A stretch of 64,000 bases of DNA from Eledone cirrhosa. Taxonomy: Eukaryota. Each line of letters opens with the position of its first letter. Position 1 is the first letter of the stretch. Both the position numbers and the translations under genes were made by a program. The notes under the pieces were generated by a model. It was not told the origin of the DNA. It did no database searches and saw only the letters and a program-made list of their open reading frames with translations. Below are positions 34,301 to 49,300 of the stretch, piece by piece. The stretch lies in assembly GCA_964016885.1 (NCBI GenBank), contig OZ024745.1, positions 1,798,001 through 1,862,000 on the forward strand. Reading direction: 5' to 3'.

Positions 34301-37300
34301 TGCGTACACAGCTAGGATGTTATAAAATGGTGGCGGTGGTGGTGTGTACACAGCTAGGATGTTATAAAGTGGTGGTGGTGGTGGTGTATACACAGCTAGG
34401 CTGTTATAAAGTAGTGGTGGTGGTGTGTACACAGTTTGGCTGTTATAAAGTGGTGGTGGTGGTGGTGGTGTGTACACAGTTCGGCTGTTATAAAGTAGTG
34501 GTGGTGGTGGTGGTGTGTACACAGTTAGGCTGTTATAAAGTAGTGGTGGTGGTGGTGTGTACACAGTTCGGCTGTTATAAAGTAGTGGTGGTGGTGGTGG
34601 TGTGTACACAGCTAGGATGTTTTAAAGTGGTGGTGGTGGTGGTGTCTACACAGCTAGGCTGTTATAAAGTAGTGATGGTGGAGGTGGTGTGTACACCGTT
34701 AGGCTGTTATAAAGCAGTGGTGGTGGTGGTGGTGTGTACACAGTTCGGCTGTTATAAAGTAGTGGTGGTGGTGGTGTGTACACAGTTCGGCTGTTATAAA
34801 GAGATGGTGGTGGTGGTGTGTACACAGTTAGGCTGTTATAAAGTAGTGGTGGTGGTGGTGGTGTGTACACAATTCGGCTGTTATAAAGTGGTGGTGGTGG
34901 TGGTGTGTACACAGTTCAGCTGTTATAAAGTGGTGGTGGTGGTGGTGTGTACAGAGTTAGGCTGTTATAAAGTAGTGGTAGTGGTGTGTACACAGTTCGG
35001 CTGTTATAAAGTGGTGGTGGTGGTGGTGTGTACGCAGTTCAGCTGTTATAAAGTGGTGGTGGTGGTGGTGTGTACACAGCTAGGCTGTTATAAAGTAGTG
35101 GTGGTGGTGGTGGTGTGTACACAGTTCGGCTGTTATAAAGTAGTGGTGGTGGTGGTGTGTACACAGTTCGGCTGTTATAAAGTGGTGGTGGTGGTGGTGT
35201 GTACATAGTTCGGCTGTTATAAAGTGGTGGTGGTGGTGGTATGTACACAGCTAGGCTGTTATAAAGTGATGGTGGTGGTGGTGGTGTGTACACAGCTAGG
35301 CTGTTATAAAGTAGTGGTGGTGGTGGTGGTGTGTACACAGCTAGGCTGTTATAAAGCGGTGGTGGTGGTGGTGGTGGTGTGTACACAATTCGGCTGTTAT
35401 AATGTGGTGGTGGTGGTGGTGTGTACACAGTTCGGCTATTATAAAGTGGTGGTGGTGGTGGTGTGTACACTGTTCGGCTGTTATAAAGTGGTGGTGGTGG
35501 TGGTGTGTACAAAGTGGGGCTGTTATAAAGTGGTGGTGGTGGTGTGTACACAGTTAGGATGTTATAAAGTAGTGGTGGTGGTGGTGGTGTGTACACAGTT
35601 AGGATGTTATAAAGTGGTGGTGGTGGTGGTGTGTACACAGTTAGGCTGTTATAAAGTGGTGGCGGTGGTGGTGGTGTGTAGACAGTTCGGCTGTTATAAA
35701 GGGGTGGTGGTGGTGTGTACACAGCTAGGATGTTATAAAGTAGTGGTGGTGGTGGTGTGTACACAGTTCGGCTGTTAGAAAGTGGTGGTGGTGGTGGTGG
35801 TGTGTACACAGTTCGGCTGTTATAAAGTGGTGGTGGTGGTGGTGTGTACACAGCTAGGCTGTTATAAACTGGTGGTGGTGGTGTGTGCGCAGTTCGGCTG
35901 TTATAAAGTGGTGGCGGTGGTGGTGGTGGTGTGTACACAGCTAGGATGTTATAAAGTGGTGGTGGTGGTGGTGTGTTCACAGCTAGGATGTTATAAAGTA
36001 GTGGTGGTGGTGGTGGTGTGTACACAGTTCGGCTGTTATAAAGTGGTGGTGGTGGTGGTGGTGGCGTGTACACAGTTCGCATGTTATAAAGTGGTGGTGG
36101 TTGTGATGTGTACACAGTTAGGATGTTATAAAGTGGTTGTGATGTTGGTGTGTACACAGTTCGGCTGTTATAAAGTAGTGGTGGTGGTGGTGGTGTGTAC
36201 ACAGCTAGGCTGTTATAAAGTAGTGGTGGCGGTGGTGGTGTGTACACAGTTAGGCTGTTATAAAGTAGTGATGGTGGTGGTGGTGTGTACACAGCTAGGC
36301 TGTTATAAAGTAGTGGTGGCGGTGGTGGTGTGTACACAGTTAGGCTGTTATAAAGTGGTGGTGGTGGTTGAGGTAGTGGTGTGTACACAGTTAGGCTGTT
36401 ATAAAGTGTTGGTGGCGGTGGTGTGTTCACAGCTAGGATGTTATAAAGTAGTGGTGGTGGTGGTGGTGTGTACACAGCTAGGCTGTTATAAAGTAGTGGT
36501 GGCGGTGGTGGTGTGTACACAGCTAGGCTGTTATAAAGTAGTGGTGGCGGTGATGGTGTGTACACAGTTAGGCTTTTATAAAGTGGTGGTGGTGGTGGGG
36601 TGTACACAGTTAGGCTGTTATAAAGTGGTGGTGGTGGTGTGTACACAGTTAGGATGTTATAAAGTAGTGGTGGTGGTGGTGGTGTGTACACAGCTAGGAT
36701 GTTTTAAAGTGCTGGCGGAGGTGGTGTGTACACAGTTAGGCTGTTATAAAGTAGTGGTGGTGGTGGTGTGTACACAGTTCGGCTGTTATAAAGTGGTGGT
36801 GGTGGTGGTGTGTACATAGTTCGGCTGTTATAAAGTGGTGGTGGTGGTGGTGTGTACACAGCTAGGCTGTTATAAAGTGATGGTGGTGGTGGTGGTGTGT
36901 ACACAGCTAGGCTGTTATAAAGTAGTGGTGGTGGTGGTGGTGTGTACACAGCTAGGCTGTTATAAAGCGGTGGTGGTGGTGGTGGTGTGTACACAATTCG
37001 GCTGTTATAATGTGGTGGTGGTCGTGGTGTGTACACAGTTCGGCTGTTATAAAGTGGTGGTGGTGGTGGTGTGTACACAGTTCGGCTGTTATAAAGTGGT
37101 GGTGGTGGTGGTGTGTACACAGTGGGGCTGTTATAAAGTGGTGGTGGTGGTGGTGGTGTGTACACAGTTAGGATGTTATAAAGTAGTGGTGGTGGTGATG
37201 GTGTGTACACAGTTAGGATGTTATAAAGTAGTGGTGGTGGTGGTGGTGTGTAGACAGTTCGGCTGTTATAAAGGGGTGGTGGTGGTGGTGGTGTGTACAC

Positions 37301-40300
37301 AGCTAGGATGTTATAAAGTAGTGGTGGTGGTGGTGGTGTGTACACAGTTCGGCTGTTAGAAAGTGGTGGTGGTGGTGGTGGTGTGTACACAGTTCGGCTG
37401 TTATAAAGTGGCGGTGGTGTTGGTGTGTACACAGTTAGGATGTTATAAAGTGGTGGTGGTGGTGGTGTGTACACAGCTAGGCTGTTATAAAGTGGTGGTG
37501 GTGGTGGTGTGTTCACAGCTAGGATGTTATAAAGTAGTGGTGGTGGTGGTGGTGTGTACACAGTTAGGCTGTTATAAATTGGGGGTGGTGGTGGTGTGTA
37601 CACGGTTCGGCTGTTATAAAGTGGTGGTGGTGGTGGTGTGTACACAGCTAGGCTGTTATAAAGTGGTGGTGGTGGTGGTGTGTTCACAGTTAGGATGTTA
37701 TAAAGTAGTGGTGGTGGTGGTGTGTACACAGCTAGGATGTTATAAAGTAGTGGTGGTGGTGGTGTGTACACAGTTAGGCTTTTATAAAGTAGTGGTGGTG
37801 GTGGTGGTGGTGGTGTGTACACAGCTAGGCTGTTATAAAGTAGTGGTGGTGGTGGTGTGTTCACAGCTAGGATGTTATAAAGTGGTGGTGGTGGTGGTGG
37901 TGGTGGCGGTGTGTACACAGCTAGGCTGTTATAAAGTAGTGGTGGTGGTGGTGTGTTCACAGCTAGGATGTTATAAAGTGGTGGCGGAGGTGGCGTGTAC
38001 ACAGTTAGGCTGTTATAAAGTAGTGGTAGTGGTGGTGTGTACACAGTTCGGCTGTTATAAAGTAGTGGTGGTGGTGGTTTGTACACAGCTAGGTTGTTAT
38101 AAAGTGGTGGTGGTGGTGGTGTGTACACAGTTCGGCTGTTATAAAGTGGTGGCGGTTGTGGTGGAGGTGTGTACACAGCTAGGCTGTTATAAAGTAGTCG
38201 TGGTGGTGGTGGTGGTGTGTACATAGCTAGGATGTTATAAAGTGGCGGTGGTGGTGGTGTGTACACAGCTAGGCCGTTATAAATTGGCGGTGGTGGTGGT
38301 GTGTACACTGTTGGGCTGTTATAAAGTGGCGGTGGTGGTGGTGTGTACACAGTTAGGATGTTATAATGTAGTGGTGGTGGTGGTGGTGCGTACACAGCTA
38401 GGATGTTATAAAATGGTGGCGGTGGTGGTGTGTACACAGCTAGGATGTTATAAAGTGGTGGTGGTGGTGGTGTATACACAGCTAGGCTGTTATAAAGTAG
38501 TGGTGGTGGTGTGTACACAGTTTGGCTGTTATAAAGTGGTGGTGGTGGTGGTGGTGTGTACACAGTTCGGCTGTTATAAAGTAGTGGTGGTGGTGGTGGT
38601 GTGTACACAGTTAGGCTGTTATAAAGTAGTGGTGGTGGTGGTGTGTACACAGTTCGGCTGTTATAAAGTAGTGGTGGTGGTGGTGGTGTGTACACAGCTA
38701 GGATGTTTTAAAGTGGTGGTGGTGGTGGTGTCTACACAGCTAGGCTGTTATAAAGTAGTGATGGTGGAGGTGGTGTGTACACCGTTAGGCTGTTATAAAG
38801 CAGTGGTGGTGGTGGTGGTGTGTACACAGTTCGGCTGTTATAAAGTAGTGGTGGTGGTGGTGTGTACACAGTTCGGCTGTTATAAAGAGATGGTGGTGGT
38901 GGTGTGTACACAGTTAGGCTGTTATAAAGTAGTGGTGGTGGTGGTGGTGTGTACACAGTTCGGCTGTTATAAAGTGGTGGTGGTGGTGGTGTGTACACAG
39001 TTCAGCTGTTATAAAGTGGTGGTGGTGGTGGTGTGTACAGAGTTAGGCTGTTATAAAGTAGTGGTAGTGGTGTGTACACAGTTCGGCTGTTATAAAGTGG
39101 TGGTGGTGGTGGTGTGTACGCAGTTCAGCTGTTATAAAGTGGTGGTGGTGGTGGTGTGTACACAGCTAGGCTGTTATAAAGTAGTGGTGGTGGTGGTGGT
39201 GTGTACACAGTTCGGCTGTTATAAAGTAGTGGTGGTGGTGGTGTGTACACAGTTCGGCTGTTATAAAGTGGTGGTGGTGGTGGTGTGTACATAGTTCGGC
39301 TGTTATAAAGTGGTGGTGGTGGTGGTGTGTACACAGCTAGGCTGTTATAAAGTGATGGTGGTGGTGGTGGTGTGTACACAGCTAGGCTGTTATAAAGTAG
39401 TGGTGGTGGTGGTGGTGTGTACACAGCTAGGCTGTTATAAAGCGGTGGTGGTGGTGGTGGTGGTGTGTACACAATTCGGCTGTTATAATGTGGTGGTGGT
39501 GGTGGTGTGTACACAGTTCGGCTGTTATAAAGTGGTGGTGGTGGTGGTGTGTACACTGTTCGGCTGTTATAAAGTGGTGGTGGTGGTGGTGTGTACAAAG
39601 TGGGGCTGTTATAAAGTGGTGGTGGTGGTGTGTACACAGTTAGGATGTTATAAAGTAGTGGTGGTGGTGGTGGTGTGTACACAGTTAGGATGTTATAAAG
39701 TGGTGGTGGTGGTGGTGTGTACACAGTTAGGCTGTTATAAAGTGGTGGCGGTGGTGGTGGTGTGTAGACAGTTCGGCTGTTATAAAGGGGTGGTGGTGGT
39801 GTGTACACAGCTAGGATGTTATAAAGTAGTGGTGGTGGTGGTGTGTACACAGTTCGGCTGTTAGAAAGTGGTGGTGGTGGTGGTGGTGTGTACACAGTTC
39901 GGCTGTTATAAAGTGGTGGTGGTGGTGGTGTGTACACAGCTAGGCTGTTATAAACTGGTGGTGGTGGTGTGTGCGCAGTTCGGCTGTTATAAAGTGGTGG
40001 CGGTGGTGGTGGTGGTGTGTACACAGCTAGGATGTTATAAAGTGGTGGTGGTGGTGGTGTGTTCACAGCTAGGATGTTATAAAGTAGTGGTGGTGGTGGT
40101 GGTGTGTACACAGTTCGGCTGTTATAAAGTGGTGGTGGTGGTGGTGGTGGCGTGTACACAGTTCGCATGTTATAAAGTGGTGGTGGTTGTGATGTGTACA
40201 CAGTTAGGATGTTATAAAGTGGTTGTGATGTTGGTGTGTACACAGTTCGGCTGTTATAAAGTAGTGGTGGTGGTGGTGGTGTGTACACAGCTAGGCTGTT

Positions 40301-43300
40301 ATAAAGTAGTGGTGGCGGTGGTGGTGTGTACACAGTTAGGCTGTTATAAAGTAGTGATGGTGGTGGTGGTGTGTACACAGCTAGGCTGTTATAAAGTAGT
40401 GGTGGCGGTGGTGGTGTGTACACAGTTAGGCTGTTATAAAGTGGTGGTGGTGGTTGAGGTAGTGGTGTGTACACAGTTAGGCTGTTATAAAGTGTTGGTG
40501 GCGGTGGTGTGTTCACAGCTAGGATGTTATAAAGTAGTGGTGGTGGTGGTGGTGTGTACACAGCTAGGCTGTTATAAAGTAGTGGTGGCGGTGGTGGTGT
40601 GTACACAGCTAGGCTGTTATAAAGTAGTGGTGGCGGTGATGGTGTGTACACAGTTAGGCTTTTATAAAGTGGTGGTGGTGGTGGGGTGTACACAGTTAGG
40701 CTGTTATAAAGTGGTGGTGGTGGTGTGTACACAGTTAGGATGTTATAAAGTAGTGGTGGTGGTGGTGGTGTGTACACAGCTAGGATGTTTTAAAGTGCTG
40801 GCGGAGGTGGTGTGTACACAGTTAGGCTGTTATAAAGTAGTGGTGGTGGTGGTGTGTACACAGTTAGGCTGTTATAAAGTAGTGGTGGTGGTGGTGGTGT
40901 GTACACAGTTAGGATGTTATAAAGTGGTGGTGGTTGTGTTGGTGGTGTGTACACAGTTAGGCTGTTATAAAGTGGTGGTGGTAGTGGTGGTGGTGTGTAC
41001 ACAGCTAGGATGTTATAAAGAAGTGGTGGTGGTGGTGCTGTGTACACAGCTAGGATGTTATAAAGTGGTGGCGGAGGTGGTGTGTACACGGTTAGGCTGT
41101 TATAAAGTAGTGGTGGTGGTGGTGTGTACACAGTTAGTCTGTTATAAAGTAGTGGTGGTGGTGGTGGTTGTGTGTACACAGCTAGGCTGTTACATAGTGG
41201 TGGTGTGTACACAGTTAGGCTGTTATAAAGTGGTGGCGGTGGTGGTGGTGTGTACACAGCTAGGATGTTATAAATTAGTCGTGGTGGTGGTGTGTACACA
41301 GTTAGGCTGTTACATAGTGGTGGTGTGTACACAGTTAGGCTGTTATAAAGTGGTGGTGGTGTCTACACAGTTCGGCTGTTATAAAGTAGTGGTGGTGGTG
41401 GTGGTTGTGTGTACACAGCTAGGCTGTTACATAGTGGTGGTGTGTACACAGTTAGGCTGTTATAAAATGGGGGCGGTGGTGGTGTGTACACAGTTAGGCT
41501 GTTATAAAGTAGTGGCGGAGGTGGTGGTGTGCACACAGCTAGGCTGTTATAAAGTGGTGGCGGTGGTGGTGTGTACACAGTTAGGCTGTTATAAAGTAGT
41601 GGCGGTGGTGGTGGTGTGTACACAGCTAGGCTGTTATAAAGTGGTGGTGGTGGTGGTGTGTACACAGCTAGGATGTTATAAAGTGGTGGTGGTGGTTGTG
41701 GTGGTGGTGTGTACACAGGTAGGCTATTATAAAGTAGTGGCGGTGGTGGTGGTGTGTACAGAGCTAGGCTGTTATAAAGTGGTGGTGGTGGTGGTGTGTA
41801 CACAGTTAGGCTGTTATAAAGTAGTGGCGGTGGTGGTGGTGTGTACAGAGCTAGGCTGTTATGAAGTAGTGGTGGTGTTGGTGGTGTGTACACAGCTAGG
41901 CTGTTATAAAGTGGTGTGGTGGTGGTGGTGTGTACATAGCTAGGCTGTTATAAAGTAGTGGTGGTGGTGGTGGTGTGTACACAGCTAGGCTTTTATAAAG
42001 TGGGGGCGGTGGTGGTGTGTACACAGTTCGGCTCTTATAAAGTGGTGGTGGTGGTGTGTACACAGTTTGGCTGTTATAAAGTAGTAGGTGGTGTTGGTGG
42101 TGTGTACACAGCTACGATGTTATAAAGTGGGGGCGGTGGTGGTGTGTACACAGTTAGGATGTTATAAAGTGGTGGTGGTGGTGGTGCGTACACAGCTAGG
42201 ATGTTATAAAGTGGTGGTGGTGTGTACACAGCTAGGATGTTATAAAGTGACGGTGGTGGTTTGTACACAGCTAGGATGTTTTAAAGTGGCGGTGGTGGTG
42301 GTGTGTACACAGCTAGGCTGTTATAAAGTGGTGGTGGTAGTGGTGTGTACACAGTTCGGCTGTTATAAAGTAGTGGTGGTGGTGGTGGTGTGTACACAGC
42401 TAGGCTGTTATAAAGTGGTGGTGGTGGTGGTGGTGTGTTCACAGCTAGGATGTTATAAAATGGTGGCGGTGGTGGTGTGTACACAGTTAGGCTGTTATAA
42501 AGTAGTGGTGGTGGTGGTGTGTACACAGTTAGGCTGTTATAAAGTAGTGGTGGTGGTGGTGTGTACACAGTTAGGATGTTATAAAGTGGTGGTGGTGGTG
42601 GTGTGTACACAGTTCGGCTGTTATAAAGTAGTGGTGGTGCTGGTTGTGTGTACACAGCAAGGCTGTTATAAAGTGGTGGTGGTGGTGGTGGTGTGTACAC
42701 AGTTAGGCTGTTATAAAGTGGTGGTGGTGGTGGTGTTGGTGGTGTTTACACAGCTAGGATGTTATAAAGTGGTGGTGTTGGTGGTGGTGGTGCTCTGTAC
42801 ACAGTTAGGCTGTTATAAAGTAGTGGCGGTGCTGGTGGTGTCTACACAGCTAGGCTGTTATAAAGTGGTGGTAGTGGTGGTGGTGTGTACACAGTTAGGC
42901 TGTTATAAAGTGGTGGTGGTGGTGGTGTTGGTGGTGTTTACACAGCTAGGATGTTATAAAGTGGTGGTGTTGGTGGTGGTGGTGCTCTGTACACAGTTAG
43001 GCTGTTATAAAGTAGTGGCGGTGCTGGTGGTGTGTACACAGCTAGGCTGTTATAAAGTGGTGGTGGTGGTGGTTGTGTGTACACAGCTAGGATGTTATAA
43101 AGTGGTGGTGGTGGTGTGTACACAGTTAGGCTGTTATAAAGTAGTGGCGTTGGTGGTGGTGTGTACACAGCTAGGATGTTATAAAGTGGTGGTGGTGGTG
43201 GTGGTGTGTACACAACTAGGCCGTTATAAAGTGGAGGCGGTGGTGGTGGTGTGTACACAGTTAGGCTGTTATAAAGTGGTGTGGTGGTGGGGTGTACACA

Positions 43301-46300
43301 GCTAGGATGTTATAAAGTGGTGTTGGTGGTGGTGGTGTGTACACAGCTAGGATGTTATAAAGTGGTGTTGGTGGTGGTGGTGTGTACACAGCTAGGCCGT
43401 TATAAAGTGGGGGCGGTGGTGGTGTGTACACAGTTAGGATGTTATAAAGTAGTGGTGGTGGTGGTGTGTACACAGCTAGGATGTTATAAAGTGGTGGTGG
43501 TGGTGGTGGTGTGTACACAGCTAGGCCGTTATAAAGTAGTGGTGGTGGTGGTGTGTACACAGCTAGGATGTTATAAACTGGTGGTGGTGGTGGTGTGTAC
43601 ACAGTTCGGCTGTTATAAAGTGGTGGCGGAGGTGGTGTGTACACAGCTAGTATTTTATAAAGTAGTGGTGGTGGTGGTGGTGTGTACACAGTTTGGCTGT
43701 TATAAAGTGGTGGTGGTGGTGGTGGTGTGTACACAGTTCGGCTGTTATAAAGTGGTGGCGGAGGTGGTGTGTACACAGCTAGGATGTTATAAAGTAGTGG
43801 TGGTGGTGGTGGTGTGTACACAGTTCGGCTGTTATAAAGTGGTGGTGGTGCTGGTGTGTACACAGTTTGGCTGTTATAAAGTGGTGGTGGCGGTCGTGGT
43901 GTGTACACAGTTAGGCTGTTATAAAGTAGTGGCGGTCGTGGTGTGTACACAGTTCGGCTGTTATAAATTGGTGGTGGTGCTGGTGTGTACGCAGTTTGGC
44001 TGTTATAAAGTGGTGGTGGTGGTGGTGTGTACACAGCTAGGCTGTTATAAACTGGTGGTGGTGGTGTGTGCGCAGTTCGGCTGTTATAAAGTGGTGGCGG
44101 TGGTGGTGGTGGTGTGTACACAGCTAGGATGTTATAAAGTGGTGGTGGTGGTGGTGTGTTCACAGCTAGGATGTTATAAAGTAGTGGTGGTGGTGGTGGT
44201 GTGTACACAGTTCGGCTGTTATAAAGTGGTGGTGGTGGTGGTGGTGGCGTGTACACAGTTCGCATGTTATAAAGTGGTGGTGGTTGTGATGTGTACACAG
44301 TTAGGATGTTATAAAGTGGTTGTGATGTTGGTGTGTACACAGTTCGGCTGTTATAAAGTAGTGGTGGTGGTGGTGGTGTGTACACAGCTAGGCTGTTATA
44401 AAGTAGTGGTGGCGGTGGTGGTGTGTACACAGTTAGGCTGTTATAAAGTAGTGATGGTGGTGGTGGTGTGTACACAGCTAGGCTGTTATAAAGTAGTGGT
44501 GGCGGTGGTGGTGTGTACACAGTTAGGCTGTTATAAAGTGGTGGTGGTGGTTGAGGTAGTGGTGTGTACACAGTTAGGCTGTTATAAAGTGTTGGTGGCG
44601 GTGGTGTGTTCACAGCTAGGATGTTATAAAGTAGTGGTGGTGGTGGTGGTGTGTACACAGCTAGGCTGTTATAAAGTAGTGGTGGCGGTGGTGGTGTGTA
44701 CACAGCTAGGCTGTTATAAAGTAGTGGTGGCGGTGATGGTGTGTACACAGTTAGGCTTTTATAAAGTGGTGGTGGTGGTGGGGTGTACACAGTTAGGCTG
44801 TTATAAAGTGGTGGTGGTGGTGTGTACACAGTTAGGATGTTATAAAGTAGTGGTGGTGGTGGTGGTGTGTACACAGCTAGGATGTTTTAAAGTGCTGGCG
44901 GAGGTGGTGTGTACACAGTTAGGCTGTTATAAAGTAGTGGTGGTGGTGGTGTGTACACAGTTAGGCTGTTATAAAGTAGTGGTGGTGGTGGTGGTGTGTA
45001 CACAGTTAGGATGTTATAAAGTGGTGGTGGTTGTGTTGGTGGTGTGTACACAGTTAGGCTGTTATAAAGTGGTGGTGGTAGTGGTGGTGGTGTGTACACA
45101 GCTAGGATGTTATAAAGAAGTGGTGGTGGTGGTGCTGTGTACACAGCTAGGATGTTATAAAGTGGTGGCGGAGGTGGTGTGTACACGGTTAGGCTGTTAT
45201 AAAGTAGTGGTGGTGGTGGTGTGTACACAGTTAGTCTGTTATAAAGTAGTGGTGGTGGTGGTGGTTGTGTGTACACAGCTAGGCTGTTACATAGTGGTGG
45301 TGTGTACACAGTTAGGCTGTTATAAAGTGGTGGCGGTGGTGGTGGTGTGTACACAGCTAGGATGTTATAAATTAGTCGTGGTGGTGGTGTGTACACAGTT
45401 AGGCTGTTACATAGTGGTGGTGTGTACACAGTTAGGCTGTTATAAAGTGGTGGTGGTGTCTACACAGTTCGGCTGTTATAAAGTAGTGGTGGTGGTGGTG
45501 GTTGTGTGTACACAGCTAGGCTGTTACATAGTGGTGGTGTGTACACAGTTAGGCTGTTATAAAATGGGGGCGGTGGTGGTGTGTACACAGTTAGGCTGTT
45601 ATAAAGTAGTGGCGGAGGTGGTGGTGTGCACACAGCTAGGCTGTTATAAAGTGGTGGCGGTGGTGGTGTGTACACAGTTAGGCTGTTATAAAGTAGTGGC
45701 GGTGGTGGTGGTGTGTACACAGCTAGGCTGTTATAAAGTGGTGGTGGTGGTGGTGTGTACACAGCTAGGATGTTATAAAGTGGTGGTGGTGGTTGTGGTG
45801 GTGGTGTGTACACAGGTAGGCTATTATAAAGTAGTGGCGGTGGTGGTGGTGTGTACAGAGCTAGGCTGTTATAAAGTGGTGGTGGTGGTGGTGTGTACAC
45901 AGTTAGGCTGTTATAAAGAAGTGGCGGTGGTGGTGGTGTGTACAGAGCTAGGCTGTTATGAAGTAGTGGTGGTGTTGGTGGTGTGTACACAGCTAGGCTG
46001 TTATAAAGTGGTGTGGTGGTGGTGGTGTGTACATAGCTAGGCTGTTATAAAGTAGTGGTGGTGGTGGTGGTGTGTACACAGCTAGGCTTTTATAAAGTGG
46101 GGGCGGTGGTGGTGTGTACACAGTTCGGCTCTTATAAAGTGGTGGTGGTGGTGTGTACACAGTTTGGCTGTTATAAAGTAGTAGGTGGTGTTGGTGGTGT
46201 GTACACAGCTACGATGTTATAAAGTGGGGGCGGTGGTGGTGTGTACACAGTTAGGATGTTATAAAGTGGTGGTGGTGGTGGTGCGTACACAGCTAGGATG

Positions 46301-49300
46301 TTATAAAGTGGTGGTGGTGTGTACACAGCTAGGATGTTATAAAGTGACGGTGGTGGTTTGTACACAGCTAGGATGTTTTAAAGTGGCGGTGGTGGTGGTG
46401 TGTACACAGCTAGGCTGTTATAAAGTGGTGGTGGTAGTGGTGTGTACACAGTTCGGCTGTTATAAAGTAGTGGTGGTGGTGGTGGTGTGTACACAGCTAG
46501 GCTGTTATAAAGTGGTGGTGGTGGTGGTGGTGTGTTCACAGCTAGGATGTTATAAAATGGTGGCGGTGGTGGTGTGTACACAGTTAGGCTGTTATAAAGT
46601 AGTGGTGGTGGTGGTGTGTACACAGTTAGGCTGTTATAAAGTAGTGGTGGTGGTGGTGTGTACACAGTTAGGATGTTATAAAGTGGTGGTGGTGGTGGTG
46701 TGTACACAGTTCGGCTGTTATAAAGTAGTGGTGGTGCTGGTTGTGTGTACACAGCAAGGCTGTTATAAAGTGGTGGTGGTGGTGGTGGTGTGTACACAGT
46801 TAGGCTGTTATAAAGTGGTGGTGGTGGTGGTGTTGGTGGTGTTTACACAGCTAGGATGTTATAAAGTGGTGGTGTTGGTGGTGGTGGTGCTCTGTACACA
46901 GTTAGGCTGTTATAAAGTAGTGGCGGTGCTGGTGGTGTCTACACAGCTAGGCTGTTATAAAGTGGTGGTAGTGGTGGTGGTGTGTACACAGTTAGGCTGT
47001 TATAAAGTGGTGGTGGTGGTGGTGTTGGTGGTGTTTACACAGCTAGGATGTTATAAAGTGGTGGTGTTGGTGGTGGTGGTGCTCTGTACACAGTTAGGCT
47101 GTTATAAAGTAGTGGCGGTGCTGGTGGTGTGTACACAGCTAGGCTGTTATAAAGTGGTGGTGGTGGTGGTTGTGTGTACACAGCTAGGATGTTATAAAGT
47201 GGTGGTGGTGGTGTGTACACAGTTAGGCTGTTATAAAGTAGTGGCGTTGGTGGTGGTGTGTACACAGCTAGGATGTTATAAAGTGGTGGTGGTGGTGGTG
47301 GTGTGTACACAACTAGGCCGTTATAAAGTGGAGGCGGTGGTGGTGGTGTGTACACAGTTAGGCTGTTATAAAGTGGTGTGGTGGTGGGGTGTACACAGCT
47401 AGGATGTTATAAAGTGGTGTTGGTGGTGGTGGTGTGTACACAGCTAGGATGTTATAAAGTGGTGTTGGTGGTGGTTGTGTGTACACAGCTAGGCCGTTAT
47501 AAAGTGGGGGCGGTGGTGGTGTGTACACAGTTAGGATGTTATAAAGTAGTGGTGGTGGTGGTGTGTACACAGCTAGGATGTTATAAAGTGGTGGTGGTGG
47601 TGGTGGTGTGTACACAGCTAGGCCGTTATAAAGTAGTGGTGGTGGTGGTGTGTACACAGCTAGGATGTTATAAACTGGTGGTGGTGGTGGTGTGTACACA
47701 GTTCGGCTGTTATAAAGTGGTGGCGGAGGTGGTGTGTACACAGCTAGTATTTTATAAAGTAGTGGTGGTGGTGGTGGTGTGTACACAGTTTGGCTGTTAT
47801 AAAGTGGTGGTGGTGGTGGTGGTGTGTACACAGTTCGGCTGTTATAAAGTGGTGGCGGAGGTGGTGTGTACACAGCTAGGATGTTATAAAGTAGTGGTGG
47901 TGGTGGTGGTGTGTACACAGTTCGGCTGTTATAAAGTGGTGGTGGTGCTGGTGTGTACACAGTTTGGCTGTTATAAAGTGGTGGTGGCGGTCGTGGTGTG
48001 TACACAGTTAGGCTGTTATAAAGTAGTGGCGGTCGTGGTGTGTACACAGTTCGGCTGTTATAAATTGGTGGTGGTGCTGGTGTGTACGCAGTTTGGCTGT
48101 TATAAAGTGGTGGTGGTGCTGGTGTGTACACAGTTAGGCTGTTATAAAGTGGTGGTGGCGGTGGTGATGTGTACACAGTTAGGCTGTTATAAAGTAGTGG
48201 TGGTGGTGTTAGCGGTGTGTACACAGCTAGGCTGTTATAAAGTGGTGGTGGCGGTGGTGTGTACACAGTTAGGCTGTTATAAAGTAGTGGTGGTGGTGGT
48301 GTGTACACAGTTAGGCTGTTATAAAGTAGTGGTGGTGGTGTTAGCGGTGTGTACACGGTTAGGCTGTTATAAAGTGGTGGCGGAGGTGGTGTGTACACAG
48401 TTCGGTTGTTATAAAGTGGTGGCGGTGGTGGTGTGTACACAGTTCGGTTGTTATAAAGTGGTGGCGGTGGTGGTGTGTACACAGTTAGGCTGTTATAAAG
48501 TGGTGGTGGTGGTGGTGTGTACACAGTTCGGCTGTTATAAAGTGGTGGGGGTGCTGGTAGTGTGTACACAGCTAAGCTGTTATAAAGTGGTGGCGGTGGT
48601 GGTGGTGTGTACACAGCTAGGCTGTTATAATGTAGTGGTGGTGGTAGTGGTGTGTACACAGTTAGGATGTTATAAAGTAGTGGTGGTGGTGGTGTGTACA
48701 CAGTTAGGCTGTTATAAAGTGGTGGTGGTGGTGGTGGTGTATACACAGTTTGGCTGTTATAAAGTGGTGGTGGTGGTGGTGGTGTGTACACAGTTAGGCT
48801 GTTATAAAGTAGTGGTGGTGGTGTGTACACAGTTAGGCTGTTATAAAGTAGTGGCGGAGGTGGTGTGTACACAGCTAGGATGTTATAAAGTAGTGGTGGT
48901 GGTGGTGGTGTGTACACAGCTAGGCTGTTATAAAGTGGTGGTGGCGGTGGTGGTGTGTACACAGTTAGGCTGTTATAAAGTAGTGGTGGTGGTGGTGGTG
49001 GTGTGTACACAGTTAGGCTGTTATAAAGTAGTGGTGGTGGTGGTGGTGTGTACACAGTTCGGCTGTTATAAAGTAGTGGTGGTGGTGGTGGTGTGTACAC
49101 AGCTAGGCTTTTATAAAGTGGTGGTGGCGGTGGTGGTGTGTACACAGTTCGGTTGTTATAAAGTGGTGGTGGTGGTGGTGTGTACACAGTTAGGCTGTTA
49201 TAAAGTGGTGGTGGTGGTGGTGTGTACACAGTTAGGCTGTTATAAAGTAGTGGTAGTGGTGGTGTGTACACAGTTAGGCTGTTATTAAGTAGTGGTGGTG